Of a stretch of DNA of 64,000 nucleotides, positions 1 through 9,256 are shown one piece after another. How positions within the stretch are numbered: position 1 is the first letter of the stretch; every line of letters begins with the position of its first letter. Where the stretch lies: contig CAVJMS010000004.1 of the NCBI GenBank assembly GCA_963650995.1, forward strand, positions 20,485 to 84,484. The letters are read 5' to 3'. The stretch is from Succinatimonas sp. CAG:777 (GTDB taxonomy: Bacteria > Bacillota > Clostridia > Lachnospirales > Lachnospiraceae). Position numbers and translations under genes: made by a program. Under the pieces are notes generated by a model. It was not told where the DNA came from. It ran no database searches and saw nothing but the letters and a program-made list of their open reading frames with translations.

Positions 1-1171
1 TCTGGAATCGCTTGCACTGCTGCTTTCGATTCTGACGCTCTGGTTTCTCTATGATTATATGGAGGGGCTTGGCTTTCGAAGCTATGCGCTTTCGTGCCTC
101 AGCTTTTTCCTTGTGATTTTCACCCATGAACGCTATATTGCACTGGCACCGCTGTTTTATCTTGCGGTGCTGACGCAGCATTTGATGAACCGCCGTACTG
201 GACGCCGAAGCTTTCCGCTTCTGCAGCTTTTGATGCCGGTTCTGATGCTCGGTATTTTCTTCGGTGCCCGGATATGGGTGGCCGGTGAGGCGATGCCGAT
301 CGGCACCGCCGGAACGAAGGTGCAGGATACATTTTCCCTGATCCAGGCGCTTCAGTATGCCTTTATGCAGGTGGCGTATATTTTCGGTGTCAATGCCGGC
401 GAGAAGCTCTTCTGCGGCATCCATTTCCTGGACTCTGCGCGTTATGTACAGCTTCTGGTGGCGCTGAGCTGCGGGGTTCTTCTTTTTATGGTGCTTCTCT
501 ATCTCCGGACGGTATGGAGAAAGGGCAGCATTTCACCCCGTCTGATCGGTGAAAATCTCCTGTTTATTTTCTTTATTGCACTCTGCATCGGTGCAAGCTC
601 CATCACGATCCGGCTCGAAACGCGCTGGGTCTATGTGAGCTATACGGCGGCGCTTCTGTATCTGTCCTATATGCTCGGGCGGATCCGACGGCATTCAGGC
701 GCCGGAGATCGAAGGGCCGTCAACGTGAAGGCTGCAGGACGGGGCGGACGGACCGCCGTGCTTTTTGCAGGCGGCTTTCTGCTCTACGGACTCCTGATGA
801 CGCCGGTGGAGCATTATGACCGCATGCATTACTCGGATATTTTCTTCTTCCTCTCCCAGGACCGCGTGAATTCGCTTGCAGACCGTACGATCAATGCAGT
901 CGGCGCGGAGAACTTCCTCGGGAAGAAGCAGGTCTATATTTTCTATAATTATTATGAAATGACGGATTTCTATGCGGAATATTTTTATAAGCCCTTTGAT
1001 CCGGAAAAGAGCGGACAGGGGACGGAAATCCATTTTATTGATACGCCGGAGGATCTGCCGGAGGATGCGACGGAAGAGAATTCGATCGTACTGCTGGAGT
1101 ATCATGAGCGGGAATACCTGGATGTAACACTGCAGGCATTCGGAAAGGCGGCATGGGATGACATCGCATAA
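1..1171 (+). CDS. Polytopic membrane protein, possible GT-C-fold glycosyltransferase (5' end outside window)
   Basis: Frame open from base 2; many hydrophobic segments, a 'HERY' motif and a soluble C-terminal domain; lies in the glycan locus. Confidence 0.55.
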   Translation, partial: LESLALLLSILTLWFLYDYMEGLGFRSYALSCLSFFLVIFTHERYIALAPLFYLAVLTQHLMNRRTGRRSFPLLQLLMPVLMLGIFFGARIWVAGEAMPIGTAGTKVQDTFSLIQALQYAFMQVAYIFGVNAGEKLFCGIHFLDSARYVQLLVALSCGVLLFMVLLYLRTVWRKGSISPRLIGENLLFIFFIALCIGASSITIRLETRWVYVSYTAALLYLSYMLGRIRRHSGAGDRRAVNVKAAGRGGRTAVLFAGGFLLYGLLMTPVEHYDRMHYSDIFFFLSQDRVNSLADRTINAVGAENFLGKKQVYIFYNYYEMTDFYAEYFYKPFDPEKSGQGTEIHFIDTPEDLPEDATEENSIVLLEYHEREYLDVTLQAFGKAAWDDIA

Positions 1172-2630
1172 GGACAGGTTAAAGCTTCTCCTTCCGTTTC
1201 TCGGTGCGGCCTTTTCGGTCTGGTATGTCCTGCATGCCACGGTGGATGTGGTATATTCCGACTATATACGGCTTGTCAACAGCTATCTGTCGGATATTTC
1301 CTTCCGGGACAGCTTTTTCGTGCCGGACATTCTGACACGGATTCCGATCAGTTATCCGATCCGCTGGATCAATGTACATTTCTTCGGCTATTCGGTGCAG
1401 TTTGACCGGATGCTCGGCATTCTCGGGCTTTTTCTTACGATGCTTGTAATGTCACGGTATCTGATGCGGGAACATGCGGCATGGGTGCTCTGCCTCATCG
1501 TTATGCTGACGGGATTCGGACTGGATAAATGGGAGCTTCTCATCAACGGCTCCGGCTATGCACATTTTCTGAGCTACAGCCTTTTCTTTTATCATTATTT
1601 CGTACTGGAACGAGTGTTTACCGGGACAGCGAAACGATGGGATACGGCGCGGCTCTGTCTTCTTCCGTGGATATCGCTCCTCGCGGCAGGACCCTATATC
1701 GTGCAATATACGGCGACGCTGCTGGCCGGAATCGCTTATCTTTGGTTTCTCAGAAACCGGAACCTCCATCGGCGGCTGCTTCCGCTGTATGGGCTCTGTG
1801 CGCTGCTGCCGCTTTTTCTGTACCTTTTAAGCAACACATGTGCGATTTATGAACATCCGGTGGAGGACATCGGACTTCTCACGACGCTTCGCAGCTATCC
1901 CGGATTTTCTGTGCATTTTCTTCTGAACGGCTTTGCGTCCACGGTGCTTTCCGGTTCGGTGTTGGAGACGCTGCTCGCGGCCGGACGCCTCAGCCGACAT
2001 GCGGTCTATGTCCTGGGGGCCGTGGTGGTGCTTTTTTACGCAGTTTCGGTCATTCTGTACTTTCGAACCGGACAGTACCGGCGGACGATTTTTCCGCTTC
2101 TCCTTCTTGTGAGCGGCGCCGGCAGCCATCTGCTCGTATTTCTGTCCCGGTATCTGTATCTTACAGAGGACTATGCATGGCAGAGCCGCTACGGGATGCA
2201 GTACCTCCCGGGCACCCTCGGGCTTCTTCTGATCTACGGTTCTGCAGCTTCCTATTACGGCCGGAGACTTCGGACAATGAAGACGGCCGCTTCGGCTATG
2301 GCACAGCCGTCCGGGAAACGGAGCGCCGGGCGCAGCCGCCGGAGACCGGAAGAAAGGGGCAGCCGGATCGAAGCGGCGGCGTTCCTTTTCCTCTCGCTGC
2401 TTCTGCTTCTTTCCTTCACGCTGGGCAGCTGTTATACTGATAAGCACGAAATAGAGACCATGCCGTTTCGAAAGACGTATTTCGCCTCAATGGCGGCATC
2501 CGCGCGGCAGTATGAGAGCCTGTCGGATACAGAGCTCAATGCCATCTTTGAGTATCATCACGGCGAGGACCGGGTACGGCATGCACTGAATATATTAAAG
2601 GAAAAACACCTAAATGTTTTTCAGGAGTGA
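1158..2630 (+). CDS. Polytopic membrane protein, possible GT-C/Gtr-type glycosyltransferase
   Basis: 490 aa with ~10-12 hydrophobic segments; acidic first loop (DVVYSDY); 'QSRYG' motif; overlaps both neighbours. Confidence 0.5.
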   Translation: MTSHKDRLKLLLPFLGAAFSVWYVLHATVDVVYSDYIRLVNSYLSDISFRDSFFVPDILTRIPISYPIRWINVHFFGYSVQFDRMLGILGLFLTMLVMSRYLMREHAAWVLCLIVMLTGFGLDKWELLINGSGYAHFLSYSLFFYHYFVLERVFTGTAKRWDTARLCLLPWISLLAAGPYIVQYTATLLAGIAYLWFLRNRNLHRRLLPLYGLCALLPLFLYLLSNTCAIYEHPVEDIGLLTTLRSYPGFSVHFLLNGFASTVLSGSVLETLLAAGRLSRHAVYVLGAVVVLFYAVSVILYFRTGQYRRTIFPLLLLVSGAGSHLLVFLSRYLYLTEDYAWQSRYGMQYLPGTLGLLLIYGSAASYYGRRLRTMKTAASAMAQPSGKRSAGRSRRRPEERGSRIEAAAFLFLSLLLLLSFTLGSCYTDKHEIETMPFRKTYFASMAASARQYESLSDTELNAIFEYHHGEDRVRHALNILKEKHLNVFQE

Positions 2631-2632
2631 CT

Positions 2633-3406
2633 ATGAAAGTTCTGATTTTAGCAGGGGGCTTCGGCACACGCATTTCGGAGGAGTCGCATCTTCGTCCGAA
2701 GCCGATGATCGAGATCGGAGAGATGCCGATTCTCTGGCATATCATGAAGTATTACTCAAGCTACGGCTATAATGACTTCATCATTCTGGCCGGATACAAG
2801 CAGTATGTGATTAAGGAATACTTCGCAAATTATTTTCTTCATAATTCGGATGTCACCTTCGATCTCAGCAGCAATCAGATGGAGGTTCACAACAATATGA
2901 ATGAGCCGTGGCGGGTGACGATCGTGGATACCGGGCTTCGTACCATGACCGGCGGCCGGATGAAGCGCGTGCAGAGCTATGTCGGGGACGAGCCCTTCAT
3001 GCTGACCTACGGCGACGGCCTGTCCGATGTAGATCTTGATGCGCTGATGAAATTCCATCGCTCCCACGGACGGATTGCCACCATCACCACCGTATCCTTG
3101 GCGCAGCAGAAGGGCGTACTGGATATCGACAGTCAGAACCGGATCCGGGCCTTCCGGGAGAAGGAGCAGGAGGACGGCGCCATTATAAATGGCGGCTTCA
3201 TGGTATTCCAGCCGGAGATTTTCCGTTATCTCACGGATGACCGCTGCGTGCTGGAGCAGGAGCCGATGCATCGCCTGGCGGCCGACGGCGAGCTGATGAG
3301 CTTTTATCATGCCGGCTTCTGGCAGTGCATGGATACGCAGCGGGAGAAGAAGCTTCTGGAGGAGCTGTGGGCCGGCGGGCATGCACCGTGGTGCCGAAAA
3401 GTCTAA
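2633..3406 (+). CDS. rfbF: Glucose-1-phosphate cytidylyltransferase
   Basis: ILAGGFGTRISEESHLRPKPMIEIG, TGGR, LTYGDG, GFWQCMDT motifs. Confidence 0.95.
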   Translation: MKVLILAGGFGTRISEESHLRPKPMIEIGEMPILWHIMKYYSSYGYNDFIILAGYKQYVIKEYFANYFLHNSDVTFDLSSNQMEVHNNMNEPWRVTIVDTGLRTMTGGRMKRVQSYVGDEPFMLTYGDGLSDVDLDALMKFHRSHGRIATITTVSLAQQKGVLDIDSQNRIRAFREKEQEDGAIINGGFMVFQPEIFRYLTDDRCVLEQEPMHRLAADGELMSFYHAGFWQCMDTQREKKLLEELWAGGHAPWCRKV

Positions 3407-3433
3407 AGAAATGCTGATTTCATCAGTATTTCC
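3407..3433. repeat. REP-like palindrome, copy 1
   Basis: AGAAATGCTGAT-TTC-ATCAGTATTTCC directly after the rfbF stop. Confidence 0.7.
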
Positions 3434-3469
3434 ACGGACGCAGCATAAACAGGCAGAAAAGGACAGGCT

Positions 3470-4603
3470 ATGACGAAATTTGAACTGCTGGAGCAATTTT
3501 ACAGAGGAAAACGGGTGCTGGTCACCGGACATACCGGCTTCAAGGGCAGCTGGCTCTGCAGCATGCTGCTTCTCCTGGGGGCAGAGGTATACGGCTATGC
3601 GCTGGCGGCTCCGACGGAGCCGTCGCTCTATGAGATTCTGCAGCTTGAAAAATGCATGCACTCGGAGATCGGGGATGTTCGTGATTATGAAAAGCTGAAA
3701 CAGTATGTAGACACGGTCCAGCCGGACGTGGTGCTGCATCTTGCGGCACAGCCGATCGTCCGCACCTCCTATATCTATCCGCGGGAGACCTTCGAAACCA
3801 ATGTCATGGGGACGGTAAATCTTCTGGAAGCGGTTCGGAACTATAACCGGACACATCTGGTTCCAGTTTCATCCCTTCTCAATGTCACCACCGATAAGGT
3901 ATATGAAAACCCGGAGCAGGCGGACCATGCCTTCACGGAGGGGGAGAAGCTGGACGGCTATGATCCCTACAGCAATTCAAAATCCTGCTCCGAGCTCGTG
4001 ACGCACAGCTATCAGCGCTCCTTTTTCAATGCATCCGTGTCTCCGGACGGCGCGGTGACATCGATTGCGACGGCCCGCGCGGGCAATGTCATCGGCGGCG
4101 GTGATTTCGCAAAGGACCGCATCCTTCCGGACTGCGTACGGGATACCATGGCGGGAGAGACCATTCATGTACGGAATCCCTACAGCACGCGTCCGTACCA
4201 GCATGTGCTGGAGCCGCTCTATGTATATCTTCGGATCGCCATGACGCGCCTGGAAAAGGGGCATGCATCCGGAGCAGACAACTGCTATAATGTCGGACCG
4301 GATGAGGAGGATGCATTAACGACGGGTGCACTGGCGGATTTATTTGTGAAATACTGGGGCGATGCTGCGTCCTGGCAGAGCGATGCCGAGGCGAATGCAC
4401 CGCACGAGGCGTCGTACCTTCGATTAAACACCGACCGGCTGAAGCAGACCTTCGGATGGCATCCGCGCTGGCATGCGGCCGAAGCCGTGCAGGAAACGGT
4501 TTCCTGGTACCGGGCATGGGCGGCGCATGCGGACATGAAGAACGTAACGGAGACGCAGATCCGGACATTTTTAGCTGATCAGGCAGAAAAGAGTACAGAA
4601 TGA
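3470..4603 (+). CDS. rfbG: CDP-glucose 4,6-dehydratase
   Basis: VTGHTGFKGSWL, HLAAQP, YSNSK, RAGNVIGGGD, RPYQHVLEPL motifs. Confidence 0.95.
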   Translation: MTKFELLEQFYRGKRVLVTGHTGFKGSWLCSMLLLLGAEVYGYALAAPTEPSLYEILQLEKCMHSEIGDVRDYEKLKQYVDTVQPDVVLHLAAQPIVRTSYIYPRETFETNVMGTVNLLEAVRNYNRTHLVPVSSLLNVTTDKVYENPEQADHAFTEGEKLDGYDPYSNSKSCSELVTHSYQRSFFNASVSPDGAVTSIATARAGNVIGGGDFAKDRILPDCVRDTMAGETIHVRNPYSTRPYQHVLEPLYVYLRIAMTRLEKGHASGADNCYNVGPDEEDALTTGALADLFVKYWGDAASWQSDAEANAPHEASYLRLNTDRLKQTFGWHPRWHAAEAVQETVSWYRAWAAHADMKNVTETQIRTFLADQAEKSTE

Positions 4604-5949
4604 CAGAAAAGACAGAGCAGCAGGCCAGGGAGGAAATCCTTCAGCTGGTAGCAGAGTATGCAAAAAATTATAAGGTGACGGCGATGCAGAAGCCCTATCA
4701 TGCGGGGGACCGCATCCCTTATGCAAGTCGTGTATATGATGAGAAGGAGATGGTGAATCTCGTGGACAGTGCCCTGGAGTTCTGGCTGACTGCCGGACGC
4801 TATACGGAGGCATTTGAAAAGAAGCTCGGCGAGTACCTCGGCGTGCGTTATGTGAGTCTGGTGAATTCCGGCTCCAGCGCAAACCTTCTGGCCTTCAGCG
4901 CGCTGACAAGTCCGCTCCTCGGAGAACGGCGGGTGAAGCGGGGCGATGAGGTGATCACGGTGGCCGCCGGCTTTCCGACGACCGTCACGCCGATCATCCA
5001 GTACGGTGCGGTTCCGGTCTTTGTCGATGTAACGCTGCCGACTTGTGACATTGACGTAACGAGGCTTGAGGAGGCCCGGTCCGAACGGACGAAGGCGGTG
5101 ATGCTGGCCCATACGCTCGGAAATCCCTTTAACCTGAAGGCGGTGAAGGAATTCTGTGACCGTTATCAGCTTTGGTTAGTTGAGGATAACTGCGACGCTC
5201 TGGGCTCCACCTATACGCTCGATGGGGAGACCTGCAAGACGGGCTCCGTCGGAGATATCGGAACCTCCAGCTTCTATCCGCCGCATCATATGACGATGGG
5301 CGAGGGCGGCGCCTGCTATACAAAAAATCCGCTGCTTCACCGCATCATGCGCTCCATTCGTGACTGGGGACGGGACTGCTGGTGTGCACCGGGGCATGAT
5401 GACACCTGTCATCACCGCTTTGACGGACAGTACGGCGAGCTGCCGAAGGGCTATGATCATAAGTATGTATACAGCCATTTCGGCTATAATTTGAAGGCGA
5501 CGGACATGCAGGCCGCGATCGGGTGCGCGCAGCTTGAAAAATTCCCGGATTTTGTGGAGAAGCGGAAGCATAATTACCGCTTTCTGCGGGAGAGGCTCGT
5601 GCAGGGCGGCGCAGAAAAAGCACTGATTCTTCCGGAGGCTGAGAAAAATTCGGATCCGAGCTGGTTCGGTTTTCTGATGACCTGCCGGGAGGGCGTAGAC
5701 CGGGAGAGCGTTGTTCGTTACATGGAGGAGCACGGCGTACAGACCCGCATGCTCTTTGCCGGAAATCTCGTAAAGCATCCGTGCTTCGATGAGATGCGGG
5801 CGAGCGGCGAGGGCTACCGCATTGTCGGCACGCTGGATGTGACGGACCGCATCATGCGGGATACCTTCTGGGTCGGACTGTATCCGGGCATGACGGATGA
5901 GAAGCTGACATATATGGCAGACGTACTGCTGAACAGTTACCGGAAATGA
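4600..5949 (+). CDS. rfbH: CDP-4-keto-6-deoxyglucose 3-dehydrase (E1, RfbH/DdhC)
   Basis: NSGSSANL, EDNCDALG; SFYPPHHMTMGEGG with His in place of the PLP Lys; RDWGRDCWC...C Fe-S region. Confidence 0.92.
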   Translation: MTEKTEQQAREEILQLVAEYAKNYKVTAMQKPYHAGDRIPYASRVYDEKEMVNLVDSALEFWLTAGRYTEAFEKKLGEYLGVRYVSLVNSGSSANLLAFSALTSPLLGERRVKRGDEVITVAAGFPTTVTPIIQYGAVPVFVDVTLPTCDIDVTRLEEARSERTKAVMLAHTLGNPFNLKAVKEFCDRYQLWLVEDNCDALGSTYTLDGETCKTGSVGDIGTSSFYPPHHMTMGEGGACYTKNPLLHRIMRSIRDWGRDCWCAPGHDDTCHHRFDGQYGELPKGYDHKYVYSHFGYNLKATDMQAAIGCAQLEKFPDFVEKRKHNYRFLRERLVQGGAEKALILPEAEKNSDPSWFGFLMTCREGVDRESVVRYMEEHGVQTRMLFAGNLVKHPCFDEMRASGEGYRIVGTLDVTDRIMRDTFWVGLYPGMTDEKLTYMADVLLNSYRK

Positions 5950-5980
5950 AGCATACGAAAGGGAATGGGAGCAGAAGGAA

Positions 5981-6940
5981 ATGAGTGAAGAAAAGAGCTT
6001 TGATCTTGACAGGATTCATGCAGCCAATCTGGAGATTCTCCGGGCGGTGCGCGACATCTGTGAGCGGCACGGCATTACCTATCTCATCGATTCCGGTACG
6101 CTTCTCGGCGCTGTGCGGCATCACGGCTTCATTCCATGGGACGATGACATTGATCTCTGCTTCCGGAGGGAAGACTTCGAGCGTTTTGCGGCGGTCGCCC
6201 AGACGGAGCTCCCGGAGCATATGCAGCTGGTGCTTCCGAACGAATACCGGGGCGGCGAAGCCTTCTATGATTTTGTTCCCCGGGTTCTGTATCTGTATTC
6301 CCGCAGGCATGCGGAGAATGACGAGGACATGCAGTTTTATGAAGGAAAGCTGAACCATCTCTGGGTGGATCTCTTTATTCTCGACCGTCTGCCGGAGCGG
6401 CCGCTGGCCGCCCGGATGATGAAGCTGAAGCAGCAGATCGCCTTCGGTCTCGGCATGGCGCACCGCCGCCGCCTGGACTGGAGCCGGTACCGCGGGCTGC
6501 AGCGGTTGGAGGTGCAGGTGCTGGCCGGCATCGGACGTCTTCTTCCGATGCCGTGGATTTTTCGTCTGCAGGAGCGCTGGGCCCGGAAGTATACCGACCG
6601 CTATGTGAAAATGGAGAAAAAGCACGACCCGGCATCCGCCGGAAAGGGACATTCCTTCTTTTCGAACTATCAGCCGGATTTTCAGTACTGCACGGTGGAG
6701 GATGACTGGGAGGAGCCGATCCTTTTTTCCTTTGAGGGGGATCGCTTCACCGGGCCGAAGGCCTGGGACCGGATCCTTCGTATGCTGTACGGAGATTATA
6801 TGAAGCTTCCTGACCCGGAGGACCGGCATCCGTCCCACAGCGGGCAGGAGCTGGAAATTCTGGACGGATCGTCCGCGGCAGCTGCATTTGCAGAGGCGGA
6901 AGGAAAGAAGGATGCGGCATGCCCGGAAGGAAAGCTATGA
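5981..6940 (+). CDS. LicD-family phosphotransferase
   Basis: GTLLGAVRHHGFIPWDDDID motif, DLFILD, and C-terminal YGDYMKLP. Confidence 0.9.
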   Translation: MSEEKSFDLDRIHAANLEILRAVRDICERHGITYLIDSGTLLGAVRHHGFIPWDDDIDLCFRREDFERFAAVAQTELPEHMQLVLPNEYRGGEAFYDFVPRVLYLYSRRHAENDEDMQFYEGKLNHLWVDLFILDRLPERPLAARMMKLKQQIAFGLGMAHRRRLDWSRYRGLQRLEVQVLAGIGRLLPMPWIFRLQERWARKYTDRYVKMEKKHDPASAGKGHSFFSNYQPDFQYCTVEDDWEEPILFSFEGDRFTGPKAWDRILRMLYGDYMKLPDPEDRHPSHSGQELEILDGSSAAAAFAEAEGKKDAACPEGKL

Positions 6941-7881
6941 AATTGTTGAGTATTGTGGTCTCGGCATACAATGAAGAGGCCGGACTTCAGGAGTTCTACC
7001 GGACAGCGGCCGGTTATGCCGATGCGCTGAAGGTGCAGGGCTGGGAATATGAATTTGTATTTGTGAATGACGGCTCCTCGGACCGTACGGGTGAGATCCT
7101 GGACCGGCTGGCCTCGGAGGATCCGGCGCATGTACGGCTGCTTCATTTTTCCCGGAATTTCGGCCATGAGGCAGCGATGACGGCTGGGCTGGATTATGCA
7201 GAGGGCGACGGGCTGGTTTTCATGGATGCGGATCTGCAGCATCCGCCCCGGTATCTTTCGGAGATTACGGCGAAGCTTGATGATGGCGTGCAGGTGATCT
7301 CGATGGTCCGGACAGAAAATAAGAGCGCCGGATGGCTTAAAAATATCACATCCGGCGCCTTTTACTGGCTCATCAACCGTGTGTCGGAGGTGCGGCTCGA
7401 GCCGAATGCGTCGGACTTCTTCGCCATTACGCGGGACGTGCAGACGGTGCTGAAGAAGAATTACCGGGAAAAGGTGCGCTTTCTCCGGGGCTATGTGCAG
7501 AATGTCGGCTTCCAGAAGGATATCATCTGCTATGAGGCCGCACCCCGGGCAGCGGGCCGCAGTCACTATTCTATGAAAAAGCTGTTTGTATTTGCAATGA
7601 ATACCATCATGTGCTTTTCCAATATGCCGCTGAAGCTCGGCATTTTTTCGGGCCTCGGCAGCGGCTTTCTCGGCCTTTTGGTGCTGATCTATACATTGGT
7701 GACACGGAAGGGCGCGCCCTCCGGCTATGCGACGATCGTGGTGCTGCTCTGCTTCATGTTTGCAGTGCTTTTCATCGTGGTCGGCATCATCGGTGAATAT
7801 GTGGCGGTGCTTTTTGAAGAATTGAAGGACCGGCCGATCTATATCGTGGAAAACAGCCGGAATGTGCACAAAAAGGCATAA
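6937..7881 (+). CDS. GT2 polyprenyl-phosphate glycosyltransferase (GtrB/YkcC-like)
   Basis: AYNEE, VNDGSSD, SRNFGHEAA, MDADLQHPP; two C-terminal TM helices; GIIGEY...RPIYIV. Confidence 0.9.
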   Translation: MKLLSIVVSAYNEEAGLQEFYRTAAGYADALKVQGWEYEFVFVNDGSSDRTGEILDRLASEDPAHVRLLHFSRNFGHEAAMTAGLDYAEGDGLVFMDADLQHPPRYLSEITAKLDDGVQVISMVRTENKSAGWLKNITSGAFYWLINRVSEVRLEPNASDFFAITRDVQTVLKKNYREKVRFLRGYVQNVGFQKDIICYEAAPRAAGRSHYSMKKLFVFAMNTIMCFSNMPLKLGIFSGLGSGFLGLLVLIYTLVTRKGAPSGYATIVVLLCFMFAVLFIVVGIIGEYVAVLFEELKDRPIYIVENSRNVHKKA

Positions 7882-7931
7882 AAAAATATGCCGAAATACT
7901 GAAAAATATACAAAAAAATCAAAGAATTTTT

Positions 7932-7970
7932 AAGGCGGAGAGAAGAATAATCTATTCTCTCCGCCTTTTT
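7932..7970 (+). terminator. Intrinsic terminator after the glycan locus
   Basis: AAGGCGGAGAGAA...TTCTCTCCGCCTT followed by a T tract. Confidence 0.75.
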
Positions 7971-8044
7971 CTGCCCGTATAATGTGGATAAATGAAGCGG
8001 GGAAGGCCCCGACAGTGAAACAATCATAGGAGGATTGGATTATT

Positions 8045-9154
8045 ATGAAAAAAGCACTTAGCTTAGTTACCGTTTCGGCAATGGCAGTTTCCATGCTTGC
8101 AGGCTGCGGAAGCTCCAGCACGACCGCGACGACGGCAGCAGCCACCGAGGCTGCAACGACAGCAGCAGCTACCGAGGCAGCCGGTGAGGCCGCAACCGAG
8201 GCTGCAGCCGCAACATCCGATACAGATCTTTCCGATAAGAAGGTCGGCGTATGTATTTATCAGTTCTCTGATAACTTCATGACCCTCTTCAGAACAGAGC
8301 TTCAGAGCTATCTTGAGTCCCTCGGCTTCAAGGCAGAGAACATCGAGATCGTAGACGGCGCAAATGATCAGGCAACCCAGACCAACCAGATTCAGAACTT
8401 CATCACGAAGGGTGTTGACTGTCTCATCATCAACCCGGTCAACTCTTCCTCCGCAGCCACCATCACAGATATGGTAACTGCAGCTGATATTCCTCTTGTA
8501 TATATCAACAGAGAGCCGGATGAGCAGGAAGAGCAGAGATGGGCAGATCAGAACATGAAGGTTACCTATGTAGGATGTGACGCACGTCAGTCCGGAACCT
8601 TCCAGGGCGAGATCATTGCTGATCTTGATAACCACGGTGATATCAACGGTGACGGCAAGGTTTCCTACATCATGATCGAAGGCGATCCGGAGAACGTAGA
8701 TGCCCAGTACAGAACAGAGTATTCGGTAAAGGCACTCAAGGATGCCGGCATCGAGGTAGAGGAGCTCGATGATCAGGTCGGCAACTGGGATCAGGCACAG
8801 GCACAGTCCCTGGTTGCAAACGCACTTGCACAGCACGGCAAGGACATCGAAGTTGTATTCTGTAACAACGACTCGATGGCTCTCGGCGCACTGCAGGCGA
8901 TTGAAGCAGCAGGCGAGACCGTTGGTACTGATGTTTATCTTGTAGGTGTAGATGCACTTCAGGAGGCATGTGACAACGTCAAGTCCGGCAAGCAGACCGG
9001 TACCGTATTCAACGATCATATTTCCCAGTCTCATACCGCAGCAGATGCAGCTGTAAAGTACATCAGCGGCGAAGACAACGAGCATTACATCGGCTGCGAT
9101 TACGTAAAGGTAACGAAGGACAATGTAGACGATGTTCTTGCTTCTCTGAAGTAA
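8045..9154 (+). CDS. mglB: Galactose/glucose ABC transporter binding lipoprotein
   Basis: Lipobox LAGC; Ala/Thr linker; DINGDG Ca-site, CNNDSMALGA, GTVFND as in MglB. Confidence 0.85.
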   Translation: MKKALSLVTVSAMAVSMLAGCGSSSTTATTAAATEAATTAAATEAAGEAATEAAAATSDTDLSDKKVGVCIYQFSDNFMTLFRTELQSYLESLGFKAENIEIVDGANDQATQTNQIQNFITKGVDCLIINPVNSSSAATITDMVTAADIPLVYINREPDEQEEQRWADQNMKVTYVGCDARQSGTFQGEIIADLDNHGDINGDGKVSYIMIEGDPENVDAQYRTEYSVKALKDAGIEVEELDDQVGNWDQAQAQSLVANALAQHGKDIEVVFCNNDSMALGALQAIEAAGETVGTDVYLVGVDALQEACDNVKSGKQTGTVFNDHISQSHTAADAAVKYISGEDNEHYIGCDYVKVTKDNVDDVLASLK

Positions 9155-9186
9155 TCACAGGAAATAAATCATACAACGTATATAAG

Positions 9187-9225
9187 GAGGATGCGGGTGC
9201 ACGGGCTGCATCCGCATCCTCTTTT
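9187..9225 (+). terminator. Stem-loop after mglB (partial terminator or mRNA stabiliser)
   Basis: GAGGATGCGGGTGCA/TGCATCCGCATCCTC followed by TTTT, inside the operon. Confidence 0.65.
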
Positions 9226-9256
9226 AAAAGCATAAAAGCAATACTTGGAGGGCAAA

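Noticed and set aside
7983..7991. Single perfect DnaA box upstream of mglB
   Set aside because: Isolated 9-mer with no partner boxes; plausibly chance
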